Source of the DNA: Alphaproteobacteria bacterium
GTDB taxonomy: Bacteria > Pseudomonadota > Alphaproteobacteria > SP197
Direction of reading: 5' to 3'
NCBI GenBank assembly: GCA_964291265.2
Contig: OZ219747.1
Span: forward strand, 2,720,001-2,784,000
Length of the DNA stretch: 64,000 nt
Below are positions 1 through 12,117 of the stretch, piece after piece. The notes under the pieces were generated by a model. The model saw only the letters and a program-made list of their open reading frames with translations, made no database searches and was not told the origin of the DNA. The position numbers and the translations under genes were made by a program. The number at the start of each line of letters is the position of its first letter. Positions within the stretch are counted from its first letter, which is position 1.

Positions 1-2
1 TT

Positions 3-1073
3 GCTTCTTTCCCTGTGCGCTTCGAACACCTGGTCGCTGGAACCCGGCAATGTCATGTGTCTGATCGGCATTTCGACGATGTTGGCGGCGGCATCCCGTA
101 ACGCCCTGTGCAGGCCATGGGCCTCGGAACCCGAGAAACTGCGGCCGACACGCAGGTCGAAGGCGGCGACATCGCTGATCGCATGCCAGCCTTCCTGGTG
201 GATGAACCCGAGACTGAAGACGTCGTGGCGGCCGGGGCGTTGTCGCAGGCCGGCGCCGACCAGCGGCTTGTAGAGTCTGAGCCAGTTGAGGGCAACGAGA
301 CCGAGGGGCACGGTGACGAACTTGTCGTCATCATGGTGCGCCATGCCGGGGGCGCCGTCGGCGGCCCGCGCCACGGCGCGGAGCAGGCCGAGCTTGTAGG
401 TCGCTGACTTCCTGTCGTTGAGGATGATGTGGCGAAGCAGGGGGAGCGCGCCCGTGCCGTCATCGGGAAGCTGCAGGGCCACCTGCTCCCACCTGATGCC
501 GGGACGGTTCAGACTGTCTGGCGTGATGTCCCTGGCAAGCGTCATGGCGCCATGGCGGCGGGCGAGGGATTCAATGTCGGCCGCGGTGGAGCGGTGCATG
601 CCGTCGTCGGCGTCGTTGCCGCCGACACGCAGCGCGAAGATCATGAGCCCGCCGGGCTTGAGGACGCTGATGAGCTTGCGAAAGGCACGCGGCCGCTCAT
701 TCGGATGGACATGCATCCACACGGCATTGAGCAGAATGACGTCGTAGCTCAGGCCCCTTCCGACAACGCGTCCGAGCGTCGGCAGGCCATCGCGGATCCA
801 GGTGATTCGCGGTGTCGGGTGTCTTCGTTGCGCTTCGGCGAGCATCGTCGCCGAAGGGTCGACAGCCACGACCTCGTAGCCCCTTGCAGCGAACCACGCG
901 GCGTCGCGGCCCGATCCGGCGCCGACATCGAGCACGGCAGACGGTGGAGCCGGCAGGCGATCGGCGAACCAGGCATGGAGCGCATCGGGGTCGACGGATT
1001 CATAGCGCTCGGCAAGGGCGCGTCCCGCATCGCCCTCGTACCTGCCCATCTGGCTGGGTGTCCTGGCCATCAT
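3..1073 (-). CDS. Class I SAM-dependent methyltransferase fused to a further domain (homologues typically end in an HNH endonuclease); runs off the left edge
   Basis: Not in the ORF track because there is no stop in the window. Manual minus-strand translation from ATG 1073 gives MMARTPSQMGRYEG...AVLDVGAGSGRDAAWFAARGYEVVAVDPS...YDVILLNAVWMHV...LKPGG, then LPDDGTGALPLLRHIILNDRKSATYKLGLLRA; frame open to base 3. Confidence 0.85.
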   Translation of the reverse strand, partial: MMARTPSQMGRYEGDAGRALAERYESVDPDALHAWFADRLPAPPSAVLDVGAGSGRDAAWFAARGYEVVAVDPSATMLAEAQRRHPTPRITWIRDGLPTLGRVVGRGLSYDVILLNAVWMHVHPNERPRAFRKLISVLKPGGLMIFALRVGGNDADDGMHRSTAADIESLARRHGAMTLARDITPDSLNRPGIRWEQVALQLPDDGTGALPLLRHIILNDRKSATYKLGLLRAVARAADGAPGMAHHDDDKFVTVPLGLVALNWLRLYKPLVGAGLRQRPGRHDVFSLGFIHQEGWHAISDVAAFDLRVGRSFSGSEAHGLHRALRDAAANIVEMPIRHMTLPGSSDQVFEAHRERS

Positions 1074-1183
1074 CGGAGAATAGACCCATCGGGACCCTGT
1101 AAGAAGGTCTCGCCGGGTGAAGGTAGGGGATGTTCCGCAGGCCTGTCGCAGCTATGGTGAGGGCAGGAAACCGGAGAAGCAGC

Positions 1184-2320
1184 ATGGATACGGGGTTGAT
1201 CAGCTTTGCCAGCGGCAACGCCAATCCGGAGACCTTTCCGGCCGCGGATTTCGCCGAAGCCGCCGCCGACGTGATGCGCACCATGGCGGTGGATCTCACC
1301 ACCTATCCGGGGAGCCTCGGTCATGAAGGGCTGCGCCGGTTGATGGCCCGGCGCGAAATGGATCGTGAGGGGACAGCGGTCGATCCCGATCACGTGCTGA
1401 TCACCAACGGGTCGATGCAGGCCGTCACCCTGGCAGTGGAGACACTGTGCACCGGCGTGGACGACATCGTCGTCATGGAGGAGCTCAGCTATTCGGGAAG
1501 CATCGTTGCCTTCGGGGCCATGGGAATCGAGATGGTGGGCATTCCGGTCGATGGCGATGGCATGGTGATGGAGGCCCTCGAGGACACCCTCCGGTCGCTG
1601 GCGAGTGAGGGACGTCGACCCCGCTGCATCTACACCCTCGCCACCTACCAGAATCCAACCGGCACGGTGATGCCGCGGTCCCGCCGCCTGGAGATGATCG
1701 CCATGGCCGGGCGTCATGGCATCCCGATCGTCGAGGACAACTGTTACGCAGACGTCCACTTCGACGGTGAGGTCCCTCCGGCCCTCTACGCGCTCGATCC
1801 GTCCCCCTCGCTGATCTACCTGTGTTCCCTGTCCAAGATCTTCGCTCCCGGCGTGCGCCTCGGCTACATGGTGGCGCGGCCGCCCATGCTCGACAACGTG
1901 CTGGCGAAGCGTCATGACGCTGGACCCAACACCCTGGCGTCCGCCATCACCCATGCATACCTCAAGGACTGTCTGTGGGAGCATGTCGACATGGCCAACC
2001 GGGCGCTGAAGATCAAGCGCGACACCATGATGAACGCCCTCAGGCGGGAACTGGGCAACGCGTGTTCCGTTGTCCGGCCGCCTGGTGGCCTCTTCATCTG
2101 GGTCCGGCTGCCCGACGATGTCGATCCCGCCCGTCTCGTCGACGTGGCCCGTGACGAGGGGGTGGAGGTCGTCGACGGTTCGGCATTCCACGTGAGGAAC
2201 GACGCCGGTGCGGTCATCCGCCTGGCCTTCGGCTTCCCGCCGGTCGAGGACATCGACGAGGGTGTTCGCCGTCTCGGCGTCAGTCTGCGCAAGGTCCGCG
2301 GCGATTCGCCTGGACCATGA
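1184..2320 (+). CDS. PLP-dependent aminotransferase class I/II (MocR/ARO8-like, no HTH)
   Basis: YQNPTG, IVEDNCY and SLSKIFAPGVRLGY motifs; GGAGA upstream of ATG 1184. Confidence 0.9.
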   Translation: MDTGLISFASGNANPETFPAADFAEAAADVMRTMAVDLTTYPGSLGHEGLRRLMARREMDREGTAVDPDHVLITNGSMQAVTLAVETLCTGVDDIVVMEELSYSGSIVAFGAMGIEMVGIPVDGDGMVMEALEDTLRSLASEGRRPRCIYTLATYQNPTGTVMPRSRRLEMIAMAGRHGIPIVEDNCYADVHFDGEVPPALYALDPSPSLIYLCSLSKIFAPGVRLGYMVARPPMLDNVLAKRHDAGPNTLASAITHAYLKDCLWEHVDMANRALKIKRDTMMNALRRELGNACSVVRPPGGLFIWVRLPDDVDPARLVDVARDEGVEVVDGSAFHVRNDAGAVIRLAFGFPPVEDIDEGVRRLGVSLRKVRGDSPGP

Positions 2321-3222
2321 GGACATTCCTCAGCGCTTGCGGATTACGAGGAGAGCTGGCGCCGTGTGCACGCAGACATGCGCCGGCGCGGCCATGCCGC
2401 AACCCTTGTGATCGGCCGCGGTGGTGATGTTCCCCGCCATCCGGTCACGAGGTCGGCAACCCGCTCGACACGGTGTGCTTGTTCTCGGCTCTCCTGTCCG
2501 GGGATGGCGGCCAACCGCAACGCCTGATCGATGGTCCCGAATCGCGCCGTGATCGCCACGAGGCATGTCGGCGGTCACAACGATCCCGTGTCCGCTGCCG
2601 GCCGTGACGTGCCACGCTCGAGCGGCCTTGTCAGGGGCTGGCTCGACAGCATCGCCTGCCAGGGAAACCGGCTCGACCCCCGCCGCACGGCGGTCGCCGG
2701 CGGCCGGCCGACAGACGTGCAAAGGCCCCCATCGAGAACGGCGTGACGATCGTGAACACGTTGATCGAGGCCATCCGGCCGGGTGTCCTCGTCGACGATG
2801 CGGCGCGCCCTGAAGACAGGGATGACGGCGGGGCTCCAGCCAGGTGAAGCACCCGGTAGCCGTTCCATGCACCTGGTTCCCGGTCTCTGCCGGGAACATC
2901 CCCCGTGTCGGTCCGGCCTCAAGGCGTGTGAAGCGCACGAATGCTTCGAAACGGGCAGCGCCGCGCATGAACGAAGTCTCATGATTCATGCTGGCGGAAA
3001 CGAAGTTCTCGTCAACCCTGCCGATTCCAGGTGGCACGTGCCGGTGATCGGGGCGGGTCCGGGCGCCTGTGGTGCGCTCTTCAGCGTTTCGTTGACAGCA
3101 ATCCGGCAATAAATGTACCGTCAATCATCGGATTGTCTGGATCGCGTGTGACAGGCTTCGCGCCGGCAGTTCGGGCGCAGGCATCTCGTGTCGGTTGGCC
3201 ACCGGCGTCATGGGAGGTGTTC

Positions 3223-4608
<1,386 letters not shown>

Positions 4609-4654
4609 TGGAGACGGACAACCCTCTACCCGGGATGCGCCTGGCGAGGTTCCG

Positions 4655-6061
4655 TTGACGGATCTCTGGTGGCGAAGAAGCGCCATCGAGACGGCGACGG
4701 CGATCAGACGCCGGGAGGTGAGTGCTCTCGAGGTGGTGGAGAGTCACATCGCCCGCATGGACCAGGTCAACGCGCACGTGAATGCCGTCACCGTGCGCAT
4801 GGACGAAGAGGCACGCCGCGCCGCGCGTGCTGCCGACGACGCCATGGCTGCCGGTACTCCTGTGGGACCGCTGCACGGGGTGCCTGTCACCATCAAGGAA
4901 AATGTCGACGTGGCCGGGCAGGCGACCACCAACGGCATTCCGGCCTTCGCGGATCATGTGGCGGGCGCGGACTCTCCTGTCGTTGCCCATCTCAGGAAGG
5001 CCGGCGCCATCATCATCGGCCGTACCAACACCCCGGAATTCAGCTTCCGCTGGTTCACCGACAATCCACTGCGCGGCGCCACCCTCAATCCCTGGAACCG
5101 GGATGTCACGCCCGGCGGTTCGGGAGGCGGCGGCAGCGCGTCCCTCGCTGCGGGTATCGGCTGCATCGCCCATGGAAACGACGTGGGCGGATCACTGCGC
5201 TACCCCGCCTTTGCCTGTGGTGTCGCGACCGTTCGCCCGACTATCGGGCGTGTCCCGGCGTTCAATCCATCAGCCGCAGCCGAACGCCCGCCGATGTTCC
5301 AGCTGATGTCGGTCCAGGGGCCGATGGCGCGCGAGGTAGGGGACGTGCGCCTTGCCCTCGAGGTCATGGCGGCAGGCGATCCCCGGGATCCGTGGTGGGT
5401 GCCTGCGCCGGTTGCGCCTCCTCCTCCCGATCGCAAGCCCAGGGTCGCCGTCACGCCTGACCCCGGCGCCATGGGAGTTCATCCGAGTCAACGCGACGCG
5501 GTGACGACCGCCGCCAATGCCCTTGCTGCAGCCGGGTACGATGTCATCGAGGCCGAACCTCCGCGCATCGGCGATGCCATGCGGTGCTGGGAACGTCTGA
5601 TTGCCACCGAACTGACATTCTTCATGGAACGGGACATCCGCCGCCATGGCGGCCATGCGATAAACCGCAAGCTCGATTTCATCAGGACCAACGTAGCGAC
5701 GCTCGATCTCGAGTCCTATCTCGCGCTGCTGTGCGAACGACAGACCCTGTTGCGTGAATGGCTCCTCTTCCTCGAGGACTATCCCCTGGTTCTCGGCCCG
5801 GTGTCCACGGAGCCGCAGTTTTCGGTGGACGACGACCTTGTGAGCGCCGCCCGTCTCGGTGAGATCTTCGTGGCCAATCGGCTGCTGACGAGTGTCAATT
5901 TTCTCGGCCTTCCGGCAGCCGGCGTGTCGGTGGGCCTCGCCGACGGGTTGCCACTCGGAGTGCAGGTCGTCGGCAACCGCTACCGCGAGGACATGACGCT
6001 CGATGCCGCCGCAGCCATCGAGAACGCGACAGGGACATTGACGCCGCTCGACCCGCTCTGA
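4655..6061 (+). CDS. Amidase signature family protein
   Basis: GPLHGVPVTIKEN, TPGGSGGG and GNDVGGSLRYPA motifs. Confidence 0.92.
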   Translation: MTDLWWRRSAIETATAIRRREVSALEVVESHIARMDQVNAHVNAVTVRMDEEARRAARAADDAMAAGTPVGPLHGVPVTIKENVDVAGQATTNGIPAFADHVAGADSPVVAHLRKAGAIIIGRTNTPEFSFRWFTDNPLRGATLNPWNRDVTPGGSGGGGSASLAAGIGCIAHGNDVGGSLRYPAFACGVATVRPTIGRVPAFNPSAAAERPPMFQLMSVQGPMAREVGDVRLALEVMAAGDPRDPWWVPAPVAPPPPDRKPRVAVTPDPGAMGVHPSQRDAVTTAANALAAAGYDVIEAEPPRIGDAMRCWERLIATELTFFMERDIRRHGGHAINRKLDFIRTNVATLDLESYLALLCERQTLLREWLLFLEDYPLVLGPVSTEPQFSVDDDLVSAARLGEIFVANRLLTSVNFLGLPAAGVSVGLADGLPLGVQVVGNRYREDMTLDAAAAIENATGTLTPLDPL

Positions 6062-6076
6062 TCCGTCGCGGCCGTC

Positions 6077-9037
6077 GTGACGCCACCACCGGGCATCGGG
6101 CATGATGGGGTCATGCCTCGATGGCCCAGACCTCCCGGAAGAACCATTGCGGTCGTCTTGCTTGTGACCGGCACGGTCATGATCGCCGGTCTCCATGGCG
6201 CCCGCCGCGAGATCGCAGGATGGCTGCTCGACCGCAGCCTTGGCCATGCGGTTGCCGAATTCGAGGTGGGGGAGGTGACGTTCGGGACCGTCGCCATGAC
6301 GAATGTCGTGCTCGAATCCGGAGACACGATCGAAGAGGCGCGGGTCCTCTGGAGTCTCGATGGACTCGCTTCCGGCCATCTCGACCGGCTGACTCTCAGA
6401 GGCTGGAAGTCGCACTGGCCCGGCCTGTCACAGACGTTTGTCGACGTGACCTCCCTGGCGGCTGGCATTGTTGCCGAGGACACGCGTCTCGACATTGCCG
6501 GGCCGTGGGGCGCCATCACCCTTCGCTTCGACGCGAAGCTTGACGATCAACTGAACGGGTGGACGGGCACCGGGAACTGGCGGGCGGCATTCGCAGGGCT
6601 GGAGGGTGGCGGTGATCTTGTCTTCGGCTGGCACGGTGTCGACGACCGGGCGGTGATTGACATCACGCCCGGCAAGGATGACGCCAGTCTCCCTGGTGGC
6701 CGCATCGTGGTGGATGGTGTGACGAGCCCTCGGCCGGAAGTCGGGGTCCGTCTGATGTGGTCCGACCTCGCAGCAGGTGACCTCGAGATCGATGGAACCC
6801 TGGACGGATCCGGCATCAAGGGGACGGCCACCCTCTCCGCCGGGGGGATGCCTCTTGCCGCCGACTTCCGTGTCACCGGCGACGGCGGGATCTGGCGGGT
6901 GGAAGGGGTGCTGACGTCGGGCACGTCGCTCCACGCGGACCTGCGACTCGAGGCTCGAATCACGGATGCTGCCGAACCGGCGAGCTGGACGATCACGGGC
7001 GACGGTGTCGCGGAGACAGCTGACCTGCGTCTGGGGTCATGGCTGGCCATGGAGAGCGCGATCATCGCCGCGGATCTCTCCTTCCAAGATGGTCGCTGGC
7101 GGGCATCGCTCGGTGCGCCCCTTTCCCTCGTTCTCCATCCAGACGATGGACCGCGCCTTGACCTTGCCATGAAGACGTTCTCGCTTGAGGCGACGCCGCA
7201 GGGAGACGGCGTGGACCTCGTCGTCGACCTCGAGGCATCGGGCGAGGTGGCAGGCCGGGGCCGGGGCCGGGCCCTCATCGGGGCCGATGTCACATTCGAT
7301 CATGCCGGGCGTGTTGTCGCACTCGGGATTCCAGGCATCGATCTCGTCATGGAGGGTGACGTGTCAGGTCATGTGACCGCATCGGCCAACGTGACCGGCG
7401 GCCCGGATGCCTGGCGGGGAGACATTGGAATTCACGGTCTCCTGGATCGGGTGACGATGGCTGACACCACCTTCCACGACATCGCTCTCGACCTTCCACT
7501 GACACTGGCCAGCGGAACCGGAGACCGCCTCTTCGACAGTGACTCCTCGGCTCTCCTGCATGTCGGCGAGGTTCGCAACGATTCCCTGGTCATGGGTGGC
7601 GTGGACCTGGAGTTGCCGTTCGGAATCGATGTCATGGAACGTGGAATCGAGGTTCGTCAGAGCGACACCGGATGGATCGACTTGCAGACGCTTACCCATG
7701 GTCCCGTGCGCCTGGTGGGCCCCGTGTCGGTCAAGCTCGAGAGAGAGTCCCTTCCTCTCCTTGTCCTTGAACGGCTGGGTCATGATCTTTCCTGGGATCT
7801 GCGTCTGCAACTCAGCGATACACCGCTGCGCGCCGTCGTCCTCGACGACACGCAACGTCCCGTGACAATCGAGGGAGTGTTGCCGGAACTCGGGATCCAT
7901 CTCGAGAGTCTCGGGGCCCAGTACCTGCAGGCAACCATGGATGCAGAAGGCGGTGATCTCGTCGTCAGCGGGCCGGACCTCAGGGTCAGGGATGTCCGCG
8001 CTCTCCTCAATTACAATTCGGGTCTGTCTCCCTGGCCGCAGCTCAGCGCCGATATCAGGGAGATCGAAGACTTGAGAGACCCGCAGCGCTTCACCCGGAT
8101 GTCGGTGGATGTGGTGGCGACGCCGGTGTGGCCGGACGGCGACGATGCACGGCTGTCGATGACCCTTCACGCCGACGAGGCCCGGTTCCTCGGTGCCGTC
8201 GATGCCCGCTATATGCCGGACCGGGACCGTCTCGAGGTTTCCGTCAGGACCGTCAGTGCGCTGTTCGAGGTCCCGGGCCTGCAGCCGAGGGACCTCTCCC
8301 CCCTCTATGGTGCGCCCTTCAGCGATGTTCGTGGAGGCGTGGCTGTCACGGGAACACTCTGGTTCGAAGGAGCAGAGTCCGGCGCCGATCTTGCCGTCAC
8401 CATCGACGATGTCTCCGCCAGGACCGCCGGCGTCCGGGTACAGCACGCTTCCGGTACCAGCACCTTCACCCGCCTCCTGCCGCTGGAGACGTCGTCTGCC
8501 CAGACATTCACGATCGCCGCTCTCGATGCCCTCGTGCCTCTCCATGATGTCGAGGTGTCGGTCTCCTGGCCCGGCGACGGCAGGCTGGTGGTGGAGAGGG
8601 TCGTGGCCCGCCTGCCCACGGGCCGGTCTTTCAGGGTCGAACCCGTGGGCCGTGACGGCCACACGATGAGATTCCGTCTCTCCGGCCTCGATGCCGGATC
8701 ACTGCTTGATCATGCGGGAGTGGCGGGACTGGCTCTGGAGAGTCTTCTCGATGGCGAGGTCGACGTGTTGTCCGGCGAGGACGGTCTCGTGATTGACATG
8801 GCCGAGCTGCGTACCTCGTCGCCAGGGGTGGTTGTCCTCGCCGACCGCGGAGAGCGGGTCTACGATGCACTGGCGTTCCACTTTGACCGCGAGGAAGGGA
8901 CATCCGGATCGATGCATGTCACGATGACGCAAGGCAGGTGCCGGTTGCACCGGGAATTCTCTCTCGGTCACGGCATCGACGCGCTGGCCGGCGCAGTCGC
9001 GGCATGGATGGGTGACGCCCGATGCGACAGCACGTGA
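6077..9037 (+). CDS. Large membrane-anchored beta-rich protein, YdbH/AsmA-like
   Basis: N-terminal TM segment; long beta-strand-rich body with LQPRDLSP and 'ASGTSTFTRLLPLETSSAQTFTIAALD' resembling the YdbH domain; start uncertain. Confidence 0.6.
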   Translation: MTPPPGIGHDGVMPRWPRPPGRTIAVVLLVTGTVMIAGLHGARREIAGWLLDRSLGHAVAEFEVGEVTFGTVAMTNVVLESGDTIEEARVLWSLDGLASGHLDRLTLRGWKSHWPGLSQTFVDVTSLAAGIVAEDTRLDIAGPWGAITLRFDAKLDDQLNGWTGTGNWRAAFAGLEGGGDLVFGWHGVDDRAVIDITPGKDDASLPGGRIVVDGVTSPRPEVGVRLMWSDLAAGDLEIDGTLDGSGIKGTATLSAGGMPLAADFRVTGDGGIWRVEGVLTSGTSLHADLRLEARITDAAEPASWTITGDGVAETADLRLGSWLAMESAIIAADLSFQDGRWRASLGAPLSLVLHPDDGPRLDLAMKTFSLEATPQGDGVDLVVDLEASGEVAGRGRGRALIGADVTFDHAGRVVALGIPGIDLVMEGDVSGHVTASANVTGGPDAWRGDIGIHGLLDRVTMADTTFHDIALDLPLTLASGTGDRLFDSDSSALLHVGEVRNDSLVMGGVDLELPFGIDVMERGIEVRQSDTGWIDLQTLTHGPVRLVGPVSVKLERESLPLLVLERLGHDLSWDLRLQLSDTPLRAVVLDDTQRPVTIEGVLPELGIHLESLGAQYLQATMDAEGGDLVVSGPDLRVRDVRALLNYNSGLSPWPQLSADIREIEDLRDPQRFTRMSVDVVATPVWPDGDDARLSMTLHADEARFLGAVDARYMPDRDRLEVSVRTVSALFEVPGLQPRDLSPLYGAPFSDVRGGVAVTGTLWFEGAESGADLAVTIDDVSARTAGVRVQHASGTSTFTRLLPLETSSAQTFTIAALDALVPLHDVEVSVSWPGDGRLVVERVVARLPTGRSFRVEPVGRDGHTMRFRLSGLDAGSLLDHAGVAGLALESLLDGEVDVLSGEDGLVIDMAELRTSSPGVVVLADRGERVYDALAFHFDREEGTSGSMHVTMTQGRCRLHREFSLGHGIDALAGAVAAWMGDARCDST

Positions 9038-9942
9038 GGGAGGGCGCCGGGGTTCTCCCCGGTTCGATTGACGAGACCGTTCGCCTTCTCGAGTCCGAAG
9101 ACTACGTCACGGGACGCGGACTTGCCTGCGCCATCTACCTGGCGCTGGCCATGGAAAGACCGCTCTTTCTCGAAGGCGAGGCCGGTGTCGGCAAGACGGA
9201 GACGGCGAAGGTGCTGGCCAGCGCGCTCGGCCGCCGGCTGATCCGCCTGCAGTGCTACGAAGGCCTCGATGTCGCCCAGGCGGTCTATGAGTGGAACTAT
9301 CCGCGCCAGATGGTGGAGATCCGTCTGGCCGAGGCGGCCGGGGCGGTTGATCGCGATGCGGTCTCCGGTACGATCTATCGTGACGAATTCCTGATCAGCC
9401 GGCCCGTTCTGGAGGCGTTGCGCCCTCACGATGAAGGACCGCCTGTCCTTCTCATCGACGAGATCGACCGCACGGACGAACCTTTCGAAGCCTACCTGCT
9501 GGAGGTGCTGTCCGACTGGCAGGTCAGCATCCCCGAACTGGGAACCGTGGCGGCCGGCCAGCCACCGATCGTCATCATCACCTCCAACAGGACGCGCGAG
9601 GTGCATGACGCACTCAAGCGCCGCTGCTTCTACCACTGGGTCGATTATCCTTCGCCCGAGCGCGAGATCGAGATCGTGGAACGCAAGGTGCCCGGATGCG
9701 CGGACCGGATCGGGGCCGAAATCGTCGGGTTCGTCCAGACCCTCCGCCGCCGGAATCTCTACAAGACTCCCGGGGTCGCGGAGACCCTCGACTGGGCGAT
9801 GGCTCTCGAGCACTTCAACGCGTGGTCACTGGAGACGGAGGTTGTCGACAGCTCGCTCGGCGTTCTGCTCAAGCACCGTGATGACATCCGGGCGATCAGG
9901 GACTCCGGCATTGACGTGCTTCTGAAGGAAGCCGGCGCGTGA
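9022..9942 (+). CDS. MoxR-family AAA+ ATPase, CoxD-like
   Basis: LFLEGEAGVGKT, RLQCYEGLD, LLIDEIDR and SNRTREVHDALKRRC. Confidence 0.92.
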   Translation: MRQHVREGAGVLPGSIDETVRLLESEDYVTGRGLACAIYLALAMERPLFLEGEAGVGKTETAKVLASALGRRLIRLQCYEGLDVAQAVYEWNYPRQMVEIRLAEAAGAVDRDAVSGTIYRDEFLISRPVLEALRPHDEGPPVLLIDEIDRTDEPFEAYLLEVLSDWQVSIPELGTVAAGQPPIVIITSNRTREVHDALKRRCFYHWVDYPSPEREIEIVERKVPGCADRIGAEIVGFVQTLRRRNLYKTPGVAETLDWAMALEHFNAWSLETEVVDSSLGVLLKHRDDIRAIRDSGIDVLLKEAGA

Positions 9943-11123
9943 GTGCACTCCTGGCGAACGTGGTGCGCTTTGCCGGCTCCCTGCGTGCCGCCGGTCTGGC
10001 GGCGGGACCGGACAAGGCGCCCGACGCCATACGGGCCCTGGACCTGGCAGGCGTCGCCCGGCGCGAGGATGTCTTCTGGATGTGGCATGCCATCTTCGTT
10101 TCCAATGCGCGGGAAAGCGAGGTCTTTGCCAGGATCTTTCGCCGCTTCTGGTCGGGGGAACCCGCTGGCGGAAACTTCATGCAGGAATCCGTCGTCGAGG
10201 CCGGCGCCACGACCCCGGGCCTGCCGGACGGCGCCAGGCAGGATGGAACTCGCGGTCCGCAAGGTGGTGGTGAGGGAACCTGGTCTCCCGCCGAAGCACT
10301 GCGCACCATGGACTTTGCCGACATGGACGAAGACGAGATGGCGCGGGCCCGCCGGGCGGTGTCGCAGATGTCGGTTGCTCTCGCCCCGCTTGTCGGCCGC
10401 CGCTTCAGGTCCTCGCCATCCGGCCGTCGCATCGATCTGAGGGCGGCGCTGCAGGGGAGCGTCCGCCAACCGGGCGGCGTGGTCACGTGGCCACGCGTCC
10501 GGCGGGTCGACAAGACCCCCGGAGTGGTGCTGTTGTGCGACATCTCGGGCTCCATGATCGACTATGCCCGCATGCTGATCTGTTTCGCCCATGCCCTGTC
10601 GGCGCATGGCCGCAAGGCAGGCACCCGCCGATGGACTGTCGGTGCGATGAGGGTCCAGACCTTCACGTTTGGCACCCGTCTCACCCGCGTCACAAGCGAT
10701 CTGGCGACGCCGGATGCAGCGGCGGGCCTGCGCGCCGTTGCCGAGAGTGTGGAAGACTGGTCCGGCGGCACCCGCATCGGCGAGTGCCTGGGGACCTTCA
10801 ATCGCGGCTGGGGCCGTCGTCTTCCCGGCCAGGGTACCATCGTCATCCTGGTCACCGACGGGCTTGACCGCGATGCCGGCGGCAATCTCGGCCGCGAGGT
10901 GGCGATGCTCAGGCGTTCGTGCCGGACTCTCGTGTGGCTCAATCCCCTGCTGCGATGGCGTGAATTCCGTCCCCGCACATGGGGGATCCGCACGATGCTG
11001 CCGCATGTCGACAGATTCCTTCCATGCCATAATCTTGCGAGTCTCGAAGGTCTGGCGGAGAGTCTCGCCAGACCGGGACGCGGATCGGCGGAGGACATGG
11101 AAGGATGGCGGAGACAGGTCTGA
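9939..11123 (+). CDS. VWA-domain protein, CoxE-like
   Basis: LCDISGSM MIDAS motif, WSGGTRIG, TDGLDR, WLNPL; GTGA overlap with the ATPase gene. Confidence 0.9.
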   Translation: MSALLANVVRFAGSLRAAGLAAGPDKAPDAIRALDLAGVARREDVFWMWHAIFVSNARESEVFARIFRRFWSGEPAGGNFMQESVVEAGATTPGLPDGARQDGTRGPQGGGEGTWSPAEALRTMDFADMDEDEMARARRAVSQMSVALAPLVGRRFRSSPSGRRIDLRAALQGSVRQPGGVVTWPRVRRVDKTPGVVLLCDISGSMIDYARMLICFAHALSAHGRKAGTRRWTVGAMRVQTFTFGTRLTRVTSDLATPDAAAGLRAVAESVEDWSGGTRIGECLGTFNRGWGRRLPGQGTIVILVTDGLDRDAGGNLGREVAMLRRSCRTLVWLNPLLRWREFRPRTWGIRTMLPHVDRFLPCHNLASLEGLAESLARPGRGSAEDMEGWRRQV

Positions 11124-11434
11124 TGGAGGATGTCCTGGAGACGGCCGAGGCCTGGTCCGGCGACGGCTACCAGGTTGCGCTGGCCACCGTGACCAGGACC
11201 TGGGGGTCAAGTCCCCGTCCAGTGGGGAGTCAGCTCGTGGTGCGCCAGGACGGCTCCTTCCGGGGCTCCGTGTCGGGAGGCTGCATCGAGGCCGCTGTCG
11301 TCGCCGGAGCACGCGAAGCGATGGCGGACGGGAAGGTGCGCACCCTGGAGTTTACCGTCTCCAACGAACGTGCCTGGGAAGTGGGGCTGACCTGCGGAGG
11401 CACCGTGCAGGTCCTCGTTGCGCCACTGACATGA
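11123..11434 (+). CDS. XdhC/CoxI family protein, N-terminal domain
   Basis: TWGSSPRPVGS, GSVSGGCIE and VGLTCGG; TGATG coupling. Confidence 0.9.
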   Translation: MEDVLETAEAWSGDGYQVALATVTRTWGSSPRPVGSQLVVRQDGSFRGSVSGGCIEAAVVAGAREAMADGKVRTLEFTVSNERAWEVGLTCGGTVQVLVAPLT

Positions 11435-12117
11435 AGGGTGAGACGCTGAGGACTCTCAACCAGGTCCGAAGGAAGCGGGAGGGCATCATCCACGCGACCT
11501 GGCTCGATACTGGCGAGTCATGGCTGATCCGCCGCGATGCCCCTCCTGATGATGCCGCCCTGGCGCAGGACATTGCCCAGGCGTTCCGGCTCGATCAGTC
11601 CCGGACGCTGGATGTGAAGGGCCGACCCCTCTTTCTGCATGTCTTCAATCCGCCGGTACGGTTGATCATCGTCGGCGCCGTTCATGTCGCGCAGCCGCTG
11701 GCCGTCCTTGCCAGGACAACGGGCATCGACCCGGTGATCGTCGATCCCCGCAGCGCCTGGGCCGATGCCCGGCGATTTCCCGATGTCCGCCTGATCGAGG
11801 CCTGGCCGGATGATGCACTGGCCCGGCTGCATCCGGACCACCGCACGGCAGTGGCGGCACTGACTCACGATCCCCGAATTGATGATCCGGCGCTGATCGC
11901 CACGCTCGGGACGCCGGCCTTCTACATCGGAGCCCTGGGCAGCCGGCGCAGCCACGCAAGACGCCTGGAGCGCCTTGCGGACGAGGGAATTGACGGTCTT
12001 GCCATGGCGCGGATTCACGGACCCGTCGGTCTCGACATCGGGGCGCGTTCGGCGGAGGAGATCGCGCTCTCGATCATGGCGGAAGTCATTGCCGCCCGGA
12101 ACGGAAGACTGCCGTGA
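11431..12117 (+). CDS. XdhC family Rossmann (C-terminal) domain protein
   Basis: IVGAVHVAQ, LTHDPRIDDPAL, YIGALGSRR and GPVGLDIGA; ATGA overlap. Confidence 0.9.
   Translation: MKGETLRTLNQVRRKREGIIHATWLDTGESWLIRRDAPPDDAALAQDIAQAFRLDQSRTLDVKGRPLFLHVFNPPVRLIIVGAVHVAQPLAVLARTTGIDPVIVDPRSAWADARRFPDVRLIEAWPDDALARLHPDHRTAVAALTHDPRIDDPALIATLGTPAFYIGALGSRRSHARRLERLADEGIDGLAMARIHGPVGLDIGARSAEEIALSIMAEVIAARNGRLP

Noticed and set aside
1070-2326. Long antisense ORFs over real genes (also 9759-11312, 31284-32645, 53921-55417)
   Set aside because: Shadow frames caused by high-GC codon bias opposite well-supported genes
3032-3047. Sigma-54 promoter upstream of amtB (TGGCACG)
   Set aside because: The -12 GC is missing at the required GG-N10-GC spacing
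2330-3124. 264-aa minus-strand ORF, and similar ORFs at 14965-15680, 34700-35320 and 48000-48800
   Set aside because: No recognisable motifs and Arg/Pro-rich composition typical of spurious high-GC frames
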